DNA from: an uncultured archaeon | GTDB taxonomy: Archaea > Thermoproteota > Nitrososphaeria > Nitrososphaerales > Gagatemarchaeaceae | Assembly: GCA_963799775.1 (NCBI GenBank) | Contig: CAWCYD010000003.1 | Coordinates: forward strand, 1,248,001-1,312,000 | Direction: 5' to 3' | DNA length: 64,000 nucleotides | Shown: positions 39,778-51,368 of the stretch, one piece after another | Numbering within the stretch: position 1 is the first letter of the stretch | How the letters are laid out: every line of letters starts with the position of its first letter | Translations under genes and position numbers: made by a program | The notes under the pieces: generated by a model | The model's input: the letters and a program-made list of their open reading frames with translations, nothing else | Database searches by the model: none | What the model was told of the DNA's origin: nothing

Positions 39778-40836
39778 ATGAGCCCCGACGAAGCGCTGAA
39801 CGAGAAGGTCGCAAAGAAGATCCTGACAGAGACCCTCCGGATGAAGAGGGGCGAGACTCTGACGATAGAGACCTGGAACAACGGTCTCGCATTCGCCCAG
39901 AGGCTCGCGCTTGAGGCGAAGCGGATGGGCGTCATTCCCGTGATCGTTTTCGAGGACGAGCAGGGCTACGTCGACGGCGTCAAGGTCACGCCGAAAGAGA
40001 TACTGGGGACGATGGGCAAGCAAGAGTACGGCCTGCTGTCAGGATCTGACGCTTACGTCTTCATCCCCGGGCCGCCCATCGGCGCATACTCCCCCCGCCT
40101 CACCAAACAGGAGCACTCTGACTCGACAAAATACAATACCTCGTGGTACGAGGCAGCGGAGAAGGCGAAGCTGAGGGGGGCAAGGCTCCCCTGGGGCTAC
40201 GTGGGAAAGGAATACGCGAAGCTCTATTCGAAGGGGCCCGAGGAGTTCGCACGGGCGCAGCTAAAGGCGGCCCTCGCAGACTTTTCGCAGCTTTCGGCCA
40301 CAGGCAGAGCCGTTGGGAAGGTCTTGCTCGACGGGACAAAGGCGACCCTCATCTCTCCAGGAGCGAGACTGGAGCTCGTGCTACAAGGCGACGCGGAGCT
40401 GGAGGATGGGATGGTCGACCAGGCCGATGTTCTGGGCGGGTACAACATGACCTTCGTTCCCCCAGGCTATTTCATGAAGCAGGTCGATACGACCTCCGCC
40501 AACGGAAGGGTCAAGCTCTCGCCGTCGATGACCCGGCTCGGTCTCCTTCGAGATGCCGAGCTGGAGTTCGACGGGGGAAGGCTCACGAGGTGGAAGAGCG
40601 AGAGTGCGGGCAAGGTGCTTTCGCAGCTCGTAGAGGCCGTGCCTTACGAGAATCGAACCTTGTCGTCGATAATGGTGGGGCTCAATCCCTTGATGAAGTA
40701 TGACTTTGGTCAAGACAGGATGGTCTGGGGCTCCTTGAACCTCGCTGGGTTCGGGTTCGCCGGGGTCGTGAGGAAGGGCACCCTTAGGGCGGGAGACAGG
40801 ATCATCGTCGACAAGGGCAGCCTCTCCTTCCCGTAG
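39778..40836 (+). CDS. aminopeptidase T (M29)-like protein
   Basis: AKKILTETLRMKRGETLTIETW, MTFVPPG, TSANG, LEFDGG, VGLNP. Confidence 0.7.
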   Translation: MSPDEALNEKVAKKILTETLRMKRGETLTIETWNNGLAFAQRLALEAKRMGVIPVIVFEDEQGYVDGVKVTPKEILGTMGKQEYGLLSGSDAYVFIPGPPIGAYSPRLTKQEHSDSTKYNTSWYEAAEKAKLRGARLPWGYVGKEYAKLYSKGPEEFARAQLKAALADFSQLSATGRAVGKVLLDGTKATLISPGARLELVLQGDAELEDGMVDQADVLGGYNMTFVPPGYFMKQVDTTSANGRVKLSPSMTRLGLLRDAELEFDGGRLTRWKSESAGKVLSQLVEAVPYENRTLSSIMVGLNPLMKYDFGQDRMVWGSLNLAGFGFAGVVRKGTLRAGDRIIVDKGSLSFP

Positions 40837-40924
40837 CACCCGTATCCTGTCAATTCTCTCGAAGCCCGAGGTGGATTCGATTTGGCTCTGCTGCGTTAAT
40901 GGGGTCCAGGCCTTTACTCTCAAC

Positions 40925-41068
40925 ATGACTCAAGCATATTGCGTGAAGGAGAAGACGAAGAGAGACATTTCCTCGCCCCGCGAAATCACAATGAAGAACG
41001 GACGACGCGCGATGCAGGGAACCTGCTCCTCCTGCGGCACGAAGCTTTTCAGAATCCTGGGCAACTAG
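40925..41068 (+). CDS. DUF5679 small basic zinc-ribbon protein
   Basis: AYCVKEKTKR...MKNGRRAMQGTCSSCGTKLFRI. Confidence 0.8.
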   Translation: MTQAYCVKEKTKRDISSPREITMKNGRRAMQGTCSSCGTKLFRILGN

Positions 41069-41180
41069 GACTCCCAGCGACCCTTTCTGGGCCATTGGCG
41101 CCAGCTCCATCGGAGATACTGGCGCTGCGGGCCCGAATGGGACGCGTGGGCGCTTTTATCCTCATTCTCATTCTGTAGCC

Positions 41181-41532
41181 ATGTCACCGACGCTCGTCCT
41201 TGACGTGGTCTCGAACGGGAACACAGGCCTGGCGCAGCTAGCATCCGCATCCACAGCGGCCGTTAACTCGACGTCCACGGCGGGCATAATACCCGAGATT
41301 CAGAACTTCGCGAACTCAGTCGCGGCCAACGCCAGCCTGGTCACAGTGACGCTGGACAACGCCATCCTCGACATGGCAAAAGCGGCTGTCGTGCTCCTGA
41401 TAATCTCCGGGGTTCTCCTCTGGTTCTCTAGAATCGGCAGGAGATTGGGGAAGTGACCTCGTGGAGGGAGGGATCATAATCGCCGTTTTCATCGAGTTCG
41501 TGGTCCCCTTCCTGATGAGCATACGCTATTGA
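41181..41532 (+). CDS. small 2-TM protein, VirB2/TrbC pilin-like layout (frameshift near 41454)
   Basis: AVVLLIISGVLLWFSRIGRRLGK then DLVEGGIIIAVFIEFVVPFLMSIRY*. Confidence 0.55.
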
Positions 41533-41623
41533 CGGCCTCAGACCTGCTGTCCCGTTCGTCAAGGGTAAGCCCTGACAGAGGATTCAAAAAGGGGGAAGAG
41601 AGTTTGACGCTCGAACAAGCAGC

Positions 41624-42232
41624 ATGGTCGATTCCAAGGCGTGGATTGGTCCGCTCGTCGTCGTGGTGCTAATCCTCGCTGCGGGGTACCTGGTCGCCTA
41701 TCCGACCTTGGCCTCGCAATCGCAGACCCAGTCGCCCGCCGCCACCGTCGAACAAACGAACACCGTCACGGTCACAGCCACCGCGACAGGCGCTTCCCCC
41801 GCCGGCTCCAGTGGACAAGCGACCACCGTCACAGTAACCACGGCCCTCTCTTCGTCCCTCGCCTACACGGTGAACCTGGCCTACAAGGCGGGCATCGGCT
41901 TCTATCTGGTGGACTCGTCAGGCCTTACCCTGTACTTCAGGGCGACCGACCCGGGAAACGGGACGAGCACTTGCACAGGGGGGTGCATCACCTTCTGGCC
42001 GGTCTTCTATGCTGGGCCCGGGCCCATCGTCCTTCCTCCCAACCTCAGCGCAAGCAGCTTCGGGAACGTCACGCGCCCGGATGGGAAGCTGCAGACGAGC
42101 TTCGACGGATACCCCCTCTACTACTTCCCTACCGACAAAGCGCCTGGGCAGACAACCGGGGAGGGGAAGAGCAACTTCTACGCCTGCTGCACTATCCCGG
42201 GCACGACCTCAAGCAGCACCACCTCTGGCTGA
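41624..42232 (+). CDS. COG4315-type secreted repeat protein (Yx(FWY)xxD)
   Basis: GLTLYFRATD, CTGGCITFWP, GYPLYYFPTDKAPG. Confidence 0.85.
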   Translation: MVDSKAWIGPLVVVVLILAAGYLVAYPTLASQSQTQSPAATVEQTNTVTVTATATGASPAGSSGQATTVTVTTALSSSLAYTVNLAYKAGIGFYLVDSSGLTLYFRATDPGNGTSTCTGGCITFWPVFYAGPGPIVLPPNLSASSFGNVTRPDGKLQTSFDGYPLYYFPTDKAPGQTTGEGKSNFYACCTIPGTTSSSTTSG

Positions 42233-42250
42233 GGAAGCAGGGGGCGACAA

Positions 42251-42841
42251 TTGACCGTCGATGAAAGAAGGATGACCGAGAGAGTCATCTCGTCCAAGGT
42301 GATCTACAAGGGAAGGGTCGTCAAGCTCCGAAAGGATGTCGTCAAGTTGCCGGACGGGAGGCGGGGCACGCGAGAGATAATGGAGCACCGGGGGTCTGTC
42401 GCGATAGTCCCGATTCTCGACGACGGGAGCATCGTGCTCATCAGGCAGTTCCGGCTGGCGACAGGTGGCGTGATCTGGGAGGTCCCCGCGGGCGGGATGG
42501 AGCGCGGGGAAGACCCCGAGACGTCTGCGAGGAGGGAGCTCGAGGAGGAGACCGGGTACCGCGCCGGGAAGATGGAGCTGCTCTTCGAGGCCTACCTTGC
42601 GCCTGGCTACAGCATGGAGCTCATGCACTTCTTCCTGGCCAGCTCGTTGAGGAAAGGAGAACAGCGGACCGATGAGGAAGAGGTCATCGAAGTCCGACGT
42701 TTGAAGCCAGCCGCCGTCGTCCGCATGGTAAAGTCGAACCAGATAAGGGACGCCAAGAGCATCGCTGCGCTCGCATATCTGCAAGCCTCGGGGAAGCTGG
42801 GCGCATCCGGCGGCGGAAGGCCAGCGACCCGCCGATCGTAG
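42251..42841 (+). CDS. ADP-ribose pyrophosphatase-like NUDIX hydrolase
   Basis: WEVPAGGMERGEDPETSARRELEEETGY. Confidence 0.92.
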   Translation: MTVDERRMTERVISSKVIYKGRVVKLRKDVVKLPDGRRGTREIMEHRGSVAIVPILDDGSIVLIRQFRLATGGVIWEVPAGGMERGEDPETSARRELEEETGYRAGKMELLFEAYLAPGYSMELMHFFLASSLRKGEQRTDEEEVIEVRRLKPAAVVRMVKSNQIRDAKSIAALAYLQASGKLGASGGGRPATRRS

Positions 42842-42971
42842 ACGACAGTTTCAGCATTCTTATTAGCCACTTTCGGAAAATCGCTCACGCTTGATGCGAC
42901 CCTCGTGTTGCCAGGGTCATCGTCTCAAAGCCCTGAATCCAGAATGAATCTCGTGAAGTGAGCCGCCCTCG

Positions 42972-45900
42972 ATGATTGGAAAGTTGGAAAGTCTGCGCCT
43001 GCCCGGTCCGTCGACCCGGCGAAGGAAGCGGGGTGCCGGAAGGGCGATCCTAGGCCTCTCGTTCATCGCCATCCTCCTCGTCTCCTCGATTGGAAACGCC
43101 GCGTTTTCGGTCTTGAAAGCGGCCCCGCAGACCCAAGGTCGGGAGCCTCTTGCGACCGCGGCGGTCCCAAGGATCATCAACACGCAGGGCCTCCACGGCC
43201 CCGTGAACCCGTTCATCGACATCTACTCTGGATATTCGCAAGAGCCGGCGCCGATGGGGATCGCCGACTACGGAATCGGGCCGAGCGGGGCATATCAATA
43301 CTCGACCAACTCGTCGTTGGGCACAGTCGACCTCGTGACCCTCTCCGCCAAGAACTCCACGGGCTACCCCTGGATCTCGATCCAACTGAACGTGAATCTG
43401 CAGTTCACCAACGGAGGAAGAACATCGGTCTACTGGGTGCAGGACGTGGCCTACCTTGACACCTTCAACAACTCGGTCTTCTTCATCGACAACGTATGGA
43501 ACTCGTCGACCCGCGGAGCGGGGATGAGAGGCGGCATCCAGGGCAACGGGGTCGTCGCCCGCTCCGGGATCCAGACATACTACTATGACGTCGCCGATGC
43601 CTCGCTCTCTGGCAACGGCGTCGAGCTCGTCTACCCGTCCCTCGTGCAGCTCCGAGTAAACTCGACTGTCAACGCAGCCAAGCAGCCCATTGTGACCTTC
43701 GAGTACAACGATGGCTTTGGCTGGGAGGAGTACGACTCGGTCGATTTCGCGTTCGTCCGCCAGCTGACGTCGATGAGCGGGTTCGTGGTCAACGGGTTCA
43801 GCTACAGCCCTGTCAACTACTACGACTCCGAGCTCATCCTGGGCGGACCTGGAGGCGGCGCGTCGACGGCGGACCTGGGTTCGGACGTCAGCCTTCAGCT
43901 GGAATACTGGAACGGCCACAACTACCAAGTGATCACAAACGCCTACGACTTTGGAAGCGACACTGGAGAGACGATCTCGAATGTGCTCGCTCAGAAGGGG
44001 TACAACCAGGTCAACGGAGGCGTGGAGGCCCAGATCCAGAGCGCAGCGGGTTCAGTCGGGAAGATCTGGGACCAATCAGCCGTCAGCATACTGGACCTGA
44101 AGACCTCGATCGCCTCGGGGTCCTCGCCGTCACCAACTCGTCCAGCGCGGCAGGGACGTCCGGGCAATATCCGTTCACGAACGGCGAGGTCACCGTCACT
44201 CTGCAGCCCGGGTCTATGAGCTCCAGGTCTACTCGGGCACGACGATAACCACCGAGGGAAAGTACTCCCTGACGGCGGGTCAGCTCCTGCAGCTCCGGAC
44301 CCCTCTTGGAATCATCCCCTTCACCTTGAGCTTCTCGGTGGTCGGAGGGGGCTCCGGCTACTCTCCCCCGACTCTCACGTACGTCAGCAGCGGCGCGACA
44401 TTCATGTCCCCTCTTGGGAGCGCGGCGACGGTCTATCAGCTGGACTCGGGGACCACGTGGTCGGTCTCCTCGCAGCTTCCAGGTTCGACGGGGACACAGA
44501 GGTGGATGACGGCGCAAGCCACCACGGGGGCCGCGTCGTCAGGCCTTTCCGAGGTCATGACCTACTACCACCAGTTCCTCGAGACCGGCTCATACTCGGT
44601 CAGTGGAGGAGGCACCGGATACTCTGCGCCCTCCGTCTCGGTTACGCAGTTCGGACAAAAGGCATCCCTCCTCTTGGGGACCACGACGTCCTCCTTCTGG
44701 CTGGACAGCGGGAGCCAGTATTCGGCGGCCGCCACTCTGCCCGGGTCCAGCGGCGTTGAGCGATGGTTCGCATCTGTGCCTACAGGGACGGTCACCGGCC
44801 CTGGCTCGCTCCTGTTCAACTATGCCAACCAATTCTATCTCGGAGTCTCTGGAGGCGCTGCGCTTTCCCAGTGGTACGGCGTCGGGGCCCTGGCCAAGGT
44901 GAGCCAGCCGATCGCTTACGGCCGGTCGTCGGGCACGGGACAGAGGGTGTCATCCTATTCGGTGGACGGTGGGCCTCAGACGACGGTCCCACCGGGCCAG
45001 GGGAACTTCACAGTGTCGGTCACGATGAACGCCCCCCACACAATCACCTTCGTCTCGGTCGCGCAGTATCAAGTGGCCCTCGACAGCGTCTCCTCCCAGG
45101 GGCTCGCTTCGATCACACCGCCCACGATAAGCGGAGACCCCTACTGGTATGACTCCGGCTCGAAGGTGAGCGTCTCGATAAACGGCACTTGGGGCAGGTC
45201 TGGGGGGCAAGGCACTCGACTCGTATCCTACTCGATCAATGGAGGGACACAGGTCCAGGTGCAGTCGAAGGGGCCGGTCTCAGTCCTCTCCGTCCCAGCA
45301 ATCTCGGCGCCAGAGTCGATAACGGCCAGGTCGATCACCCAGTATCTTCTTGACACCAGCGGCGGCTCCGTCGCCTCGATCACCCCCACCGCCCTGACCT
45401 CCGACCCAGGGTGGTACGACGTCGGGACGACGGTGAACGTGCTCTACAACTATTCCTGGAACGAGACGTCAGGACAGGGCAGGCTCAACGCAGTGTCGTA
45501 CGCGATAGACTCGGCGCCTCCGACGCCCCTTCCAAGGCAGGGAGGCGGCACCTTCAGCGTGGGATTGTCGATGGACGCGCCCCATCAGATCGCAGTGGGG
45601 CCGGTGAGGCAGTACCTGCTCGCCTATTCCGGAGGCTTCGGAGTGACCCTGTTCCCCCAATCCCAGACGGGGGACGGCTTCTACGACGCAAGTTCGAGCG
45701 TCACGTTGACGAGCGACTACTCGACGGACATCGTCCCCGGGCAGGAGAGACAGGTGCTGACCGGATACACGCTCGACTCTACCGACGTGACGATAGGTCC
45801 CAACACGACGGGCACTTTCACCACACCTCCGATCGTCATGGACTCATACCACACCCTAACCTTCCATTCTGGGATCCAAGACCTCGTGAAGTTCTCCTTC

Positions 45901-46458
45901 ACCGACGGGACGGGATCGGATGTCATCACCCCTAGCTCCTTCGCGATCCAGGTGAATAACACGCTCGAGAATCAGAGCACGTCCAGCCCCGAGCTGTGGA
46001 TCGACAACGGGACGAGCTTCACGGTCGCGGGGGTCACCTGGGAGGGGGTCGACGTAAAGCCTCTCAGCGTGACCGTCTACTCGGTGACCGGCCCCGCCAA
46101 CGTCGCAATCAAGGCCAGAGCGTATCCCGCCAATGTCAAAGTCGTCGACCTGTTCGGTCTGGCTATCGCGGGAGCCCAAGTATCGGCGAGGTTTGCAAAC
46201 GGGACCGCGGCGACCAGGCCCACCAACTCAAGTGGCTTGGTCGGCTTTGGTCTCGTCCCGATAGGGACGTATCAGGCTACGGTCTCGAGCTTCGGGTTGA
46301 CCGGTTCGAGCTCTTTGGACGCATCGACGAGCCCTACGGCGACTTTGAGGGCTCCCCTGAGCACGCCTGTGGTCGCCACCCTGTCCGTCCTGGTCGCGGC
46401 GGTCCTGATCGCCCTTCTAGTGGTCAGACGACGCGGTCGAGTGCGAACCGCCACGTAA
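42972..46458 (+). CDS. thermopsin (peptidase A5) with repeated beta domains and C-terminal TM (frameshifts near 44120 and 44215)
   Basis: PAPMGIADYG, SIQLNVNL, YWVQDV, FIDNVWN, DSELILGGPGGG, DFGSDTGET. Confidence 0.88.
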
Positions 46459-46550
46459 AGCGATCTAGCCCAACGCAAGTTTGTGTCATCGGCAGGTCTG
46501 CGTCCGGTTCTTATACGACGACTCGTCTCTGACGTCTGCTCTGACCGAAC

Positions 46551-47381
46551 ATGGCAAGTTCGTCCTCCCATGGCTCGCCCAGGCCGACCGCCATCCTTCC
46601 TGACGACCTGGAGATCAGCAAGCCGGTCTTCCTAAAGTCCTACGAGGCGGCGGTAAGCTCTCGCAGGAAGAGACTCCGGGCCCTTGTGAAGAGCCCGGAC
46701 GAAGAGGCGGTTCACGACGCGCGCACCGCGGTCAGGCGGCTCGAGGCGCACATCGAGGTGCTCCCCGGTAAGGTTCGGAGAAGCGCGAAGATGGCCGAGC
46801 TGCAGAAGAGAGACGACAGGGTGATGAGACTGACCGCTGAGGTCAGGGATCTGGACGTCATCGTGGAGGAGGTGGTGAGGCAGGACGCCGCGGCGAAAGA
46901 ACGGCTGCTGTCGAGGATTGACGAGGACAGGATGGAGGCCTGGGAAAGAGCGGCGGCTGCGATGGCCGCTGGCCTGAAGGCAAGACCACCAAGCATTGAC
47001 CCAGAGGATCTCTCACAGGCACGGCTGCAAGAGAGATTCGAGAAGGTCGCCCGAAGGCTGGCCCGCGAGATCGAGAAACTGATGCCCTTGGTCGTGGCAG
47101 ACCCCGATGAACATGAACGGCTGCATAAACTCAGGATAAAGTGCAAAAAGCTCCGGTACGTGCTCGAGTTGGCGCTGGTCGAGAACTCTCCTCTGGTGGC
47201 AAGGCTCTCTCGGTGGCAGACCGCGCTTGGCGAAGTCCACGATTGGGACATGACCCTGTCGTATCTTAACTCTCTCGATCCTCCGCCCGAGAGGGACCTT
47301 CTTTTGAGAGGAGAGAAGAGGCGCGAGAGGCAGTTCCGCGCGTTCGCGAGGTCCACCCGGGCTCAGGGAGCGGCTGGCTGA
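46551..47381 (+). CDS. CHAD domain protein
   Basis: EAVHDARTAVRRL, VRDLDV, LHKLRIKCKKLRYVLE, LGEVHDWD. Confidence 0.9.
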   Translation: MASSSSHGSPRPTAILPDDLEISKPVFLKSYEAAVSSRRKRLRALVKSPDEEAVHDARTAVRRLEAHIEVLPGKVRRSAKMAELQKRDDRVMRLTAEVRDLDVIVEEVVRQDAAAKERLLSRIDEDRMEAWERAAAAMAAGLKARPPSIDPEDLSQARLQERFEKVARRLAREIEKLMPLVVADPDEHERLHKLRIKCKKLRYVLELALVENSPLVARLSRWQTALGEVHDWDMTLSYLNSLDPPPERDLLLRGEKRRERQFRAFARSTRAQGAAG

Positions 47382-47447
47382 CCTTTCCTCGCTTCATGCA
47401 CACGCGGTCGTCCTCCGCTTTAATACTCCGGTCGCCCGAACTCCCAC

Positions 47448-47627
47448 GTGGCAAAGAAGCGCAGCAACCGGAACTCCATCACGATCACGCTCGTCAGCAT
47501 CGCCATAGGGCTTGTCGCCCTGATACTGAATCGCTCCCTCTTCGACCTTTTCTTCGTGCCGATAGTCATAGGGGTGCTGTGGAGGGACGCCGACAGGATA
47601 GGGGCACCTGCAAAAGCGGCTCTCTGA
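47448..47627 (+). CDS. small membrane protein (59 aa)
   Basis: MAKKRSNRNSITITLVSIAIGLVALILNRSLFDLFFVPIVIGVLW...; TTTAATA upstream. Confidence 0.55.
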   Translation: MAKKRSNRNSITITLVSIAIGLVALILNRSLFDLFFVPIVIGVLWRDADRIGAPAKAAL

Positions 47628-47741
47628 GATGGAGGCCAAGGCACCGAAAGACCAACCCCAAAGCTCGTCCTGAGCCGCAAACGAATCTTAGATAAGATTC
47701 GAGGGTTCGTGCCTTAATCGACTGCGCAACGGGAGGAGGAG

Positions 47742-48041
47742 GTGGCTCTGCCCCAAATGATATTCCTCGACGTCCTGGTGAACCTCGTCCACTGGTTCCC
47801 AAGCGCTCGGCTCCTCTTACAAGAGGACATCCTCACCGGCTTCGCTGACCTCTTCGGCGGCGTGGTCCTCCTGATCATAGGGGTGCTCGTCATCGTCTTG
47901 ATCGTGGCCGCCGCGATAGTGTTGCTGCCTGCCATAGTCCTGGCATTTCTGGTTTGGTTGGTGACGGGGAGTTTCTTCTACGCCGGGATAGTCTTCCTTC
48001 TGGTCGCTCTGATCAGCATCGTGGCGTATGCCGGCGACTAG
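47742..48041 (+). CDS. small hydrophobic membrane protein
   Basis: Almost entirely hydrophobic C-terminal 65 aa. Confidence 0.6.
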   Translation: MALPQMIFLDVLVNLVHWFPSARLLLQEDILTGFADLFGGVVLLIIGVLVIVLIVAAAIVLLPAIVLAFLVWLVTGSFFYAGIVFLLVALISIVAYAGD

Positions 48042-48125
48042 ATCTCCTTACGTGACCTCGGAGATGAGCGGCAAGAGGACATGATGTTTAATTAGAAACC
48101 TCGGACTCTGCGGTCTGAAGGCTTC

Positions 48126-49539
48126 TTGGCGAAGCGGGCGGCTACGACTCCCTGGGTCTCGGATGACATGCTCACACTCAGCGAGGCCGCCGCTCTCGTA
48201 GGCAAGACGACCAGCAACATCTCGTATCTGATCCAGTACGAGCGGTTGAGGCGATACGACCCTCGGGGCAAGCCCGTCAGAAGGGCGAAGAACGGGGCAC
48301 TGAGAGTCTCGAAGAAGGAGCTCCTGGGGTACGCCGAGGGCTGGAACCGGAGAGTCGAGTCCCGGATGCAGGAGCTGAGGATAAGCGACAGGTCGATCGC
48401 ATTCCTTGACGTCCCTGAGAGGGACAGGACAAAGCACGTCCACAGGCTTCATCCCTATCTGGGGAAATTCATCCCGCAGCTCGTGGGCCACTTCCTATCA
48501 GGATACTTCAAGCCTGGAGATTTGGTGCTGGATCCGTTCGCCGGTAGCGGGACCACGTTGGTCGAAGCGAGCGAGAGGGGTATCAGCTCCCTCGGGATTG
48601 AGGTCTCCAAGTTCAACGTCATGATCTCCAGGGTGAAGCTCGCCAGGTACGACGTTCGCCTGGTAGAGGAGGAGACGAGGGACATCCTGAGAAGGACGGC
48701 GGAGTTCAGCGCCAAGGAATTCCGTGACGACAGAGGGGCAGAGATGGATGAGCATCCAAGCGGGCTGGGCGGGTACTTGGAGACCTGGTTCGCCCCGCGG
48801 AGCCTCCGGGAGATGCGCTTCTATCGGGCACCTCATACCAGAATACCAGAACCAAGAACTTCTGAAGGTGCTGCTAAGCAGGACGGCGCGGTCCTGCAGG
48901 CTCGTCCATCACTATGACCTCGCGACGCCGACCTCGCCCGTGAGAGGCCCATATGTCTGCCACAAGCATATGGGGAAGGTCTGTTCGCCGGTTACGACGA
49001 TCCTTCCCAGGCTGAAATTCTACACCTCGGACACCGTGAGGAGGATCGCAGAGTTCGATTCTTTGAGAAAGCAGGCCGAGGCTCTGGTGATCGAGGGCGA
49101 CGCCAGGACCATCAAACTGCAACGGGAGATGTCGGCCTCCAACGAGTTCGCGACGGAGAAGGTCTCAGGCGTCATCACCTCTCCCCCTTATGTCGGGCAG
49201 ATAGACTACCACGAGCAGCACAGGTACGCGTACGAGCTTCTAGGCATCGACAGGCGTGACGAGCTCGAGATAGGGCCGAAGACGAAGGGGAAGGGTGCGC
49301 TCGCTCAGAGGGAATACGTGAAGAGCATCGTGAAGGTGCTCGAGAACATCTCGCCCGCCATGGCTCCCCGGGCATCGATACTCTTGGTGGCGAACGACAA
49401 GTTGGGTCTCTATCCTGGCATATTCGAAGACGTAGGGATGCGGGTCGAAGTGACCTTCGAGAGACCTGTCGAAGACAGGACTGAGCGGGACAAGAGGCCG
49501 TACTCAGAGACCGTGTTCTTGGCGCGCATCGTGAGATGA
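48126..49539 (+). CDS. amino DNA methyltransferase (probably N4-cytosine) with N-terminal HTH (frameshift near 48828)
   Basis: HRLHPYLGKFIPQ, DPFAGSGTT (motif I), ITSPPY (motif IV); N-terminal LTLSEAAALVGKTTSNISYLI. Confidence 0.88.
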
Positions 49540-49573
49540 CCACGAGGGCGCAGATGGTGCAGTGAGCCCGGGC

Positions 49574-49987
49574 TCAATCTTCGGATTTCTCGATTCTCTT
49601 CGTCACAACCTTGCCTAGGGTCTCTGCCTCCCGCTTCAGCTCTTGCGCATCCCTCTCTGCCTTCTCGATGCCTTCCCTCCAAAGTTGTGAGACGATCGGC
49701 GCCAGCGTCAGCACGAGCGCAGTGATGACCGAGCCGACGGAGACGAAGGCCATGATGGAGGCAAAGAGCTTTCCCGCATCGGTCACCAGCTGAATCGGCG
49801 GTCCTTGCCCCGTCGCCAGCATGCTCTCAAAGTAGATCGCGTTCACCCAGTTCATCCCTTCGATCTCGTGGAAACCGATTGTCCCGACCACCATCACCAC
49901 GGCTATCCCTGAGACAGCGTAGAAGACCCTCCTCTTCGCGCTGAGGGACAATGAGGGGGCCTGTTGTTGGGCTGCCGCCGAGTCCAC
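49574..49987 (-). CDS. 2TM potassium channel-like protein
   Basis: GTIGFHEIEGMNWVNAIYFESMLATGQGP...AGKLFAS. Confidence 0.7.
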   Translation of the reverse strand: MDSAAAQQQAPSLSLSAKRRVFYAVSGIAVVMVVGTIGFHEIEGMNWVNAIYFESMLATGQGPPIQLVTDAGKLFASIMAFVSVGSVITALVLTLAPIVSQLWREGIEKAERDAQELKREAETLGKVVTKRIEKSED

Positions 49988-50079
49988 GCTTCCTGGGTCG
50001 GCGGGGCTTTACTAATGTCTAACTGGAACTCGCCACCACAACCCTAAACTAAGAGCCAGGCCCCGAAATGAGGACGGCC

Positions 50080-50584
50080 TTGGACACGTTCGATGCGATC
50101 TCGACAAAAATGGAGGTCCGTGAGTTCATCTCAAAGAAAGTCCCAGATGAGACGAAGAGGAAGATCCTGGAGGCTGCGAGGCTGACCGGTGTCCTCGATG
50201 AACACGCAGCACTGGCGGTTCATCCTGGTCCAGGACCGCTCCAACCTGAAGAGGCTCGCCTCGGACAGCACCTCAGGCAAGTGGGTCGAGGGGGCTGACT
50301 TCGCCATAATCGTCCTGATAGACCCCAAGGTACCCGGGAGCAACATCGACACCGGGAGGGTGGTCCAGGACATGGAGCTCGCAGCCTGGAACTTCGGCGC
50401 AGGTTCAGGGATCTTCACGGGGATCGTCGAGGGCGACCTGAGGAGGGACTATGGGGTCCCAGACTCGCTAAAGCCGGCGGCTGTGCTCGGGTTCGGTTAC
50501 GCAAAGAAGAAGCTGTTGGGGAAGAAGAAGAGGAAGCCTCTCGAGGAGCTCGTCTTCGTGGAGCGATACGGCGAGAAGATCTAG
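50080..50584 (+). CDS. nitroreductase family protein (frameshift near 50190)
   Basis: KILEAARL / SSMNTQHWRFILV, DTGRVVQDMELAAWNFGAGS. Confidence 0.88.
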
Positions 50585-50649
50585 GTCGCCGGCCTCCCCT
50601 GAAGAGAGAATAGAAAAGCGGAAAAGGAGGCGTCGAGCACGACAGTGAC

Positions 50650-50992
50650 ATGTTCTCAAAAGAATTCAGCGTCGCGGTAGTAGTCTCAGACCCCAAAAAA
50701 TCCGCGTCGTGGTACGCGGAGAAGCTAGGGTTCGAGACTTCTGAAGAAGGTCACTGGGTCACCGCCTGGCAAAAGGGCGCGAACTGGAAGCTCCATCTCT
50801 GTGAGGGAGAGCTGGAACCCGGAAACACAGGCATATGCATCTACAGCGACGACGTGAAGGGCACGGTCGCGGACCTGAAGAAGAAGGGAGTGAAATTTGC
50901 GCAGGACTACACGAAGACCAAGTGGGGAGAGACAGCGCAGTTCAAGGGCACCGGATGGGAACATCATCTGGATCTCGGCCGGAGGCCCGTAG
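50650..50992 (+). CDS. VOC/glyoxalase family protein (frameshift near 50948)
   Basis: VSDPKKSASWYAEKLGF, KTKWGETAQFK / PDGNIIWI. Confidence 0.85.
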
Positions 50993-51070
50993 ACCGCTTC
51001 ATCAGTCTGTCTGCAAGACATCATTGGCGCTTAATACATCACCGAGCGATTCAGAAGTGTCGCGATCACC

Positions 51071-51343
51071 GTGTCGCCAGCCGCCCCGGTCCTGGATTGG
51101 ATGTTGGTGGTGAGCATCCTTGCATTCTTTGCGATGGGTGTCGACAAGCTTCTGGCAGTCGGAGGCCTGCGTAGGATAAGCGAACGGACACTCTGGTTAG
51201 CCGCGCTCGTCGGAGGCTTCGTCGGTGTGTTTCTGGGAGGCTACGTCTTCCATCACAAGACATCAAAGACGGAGTTCTGGCCGCCGGTGCTAGTCTCTGC
51301 GATCATCTGGGTCGCAGCATTCGCTTTGATCTTTCACCTGTAG
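51071..51343 (+). CDS. DUF1294 membrane protein
   Basis: MGVDK..A....RRISERTL, GG, FHHKTSK. Confidence 0.88.
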   Translation: MSPAAPVLDWMLVVSILAFFAMGVDKLLAVGGLRRISERTLWLAALVGGFVGVFLGGYVFHHKTSKTEFWPPVLVSAIIWVAAFALIFHL

Positions 51344-51368
51344 CGACTCCAAGTCCATCGGCGAACCT

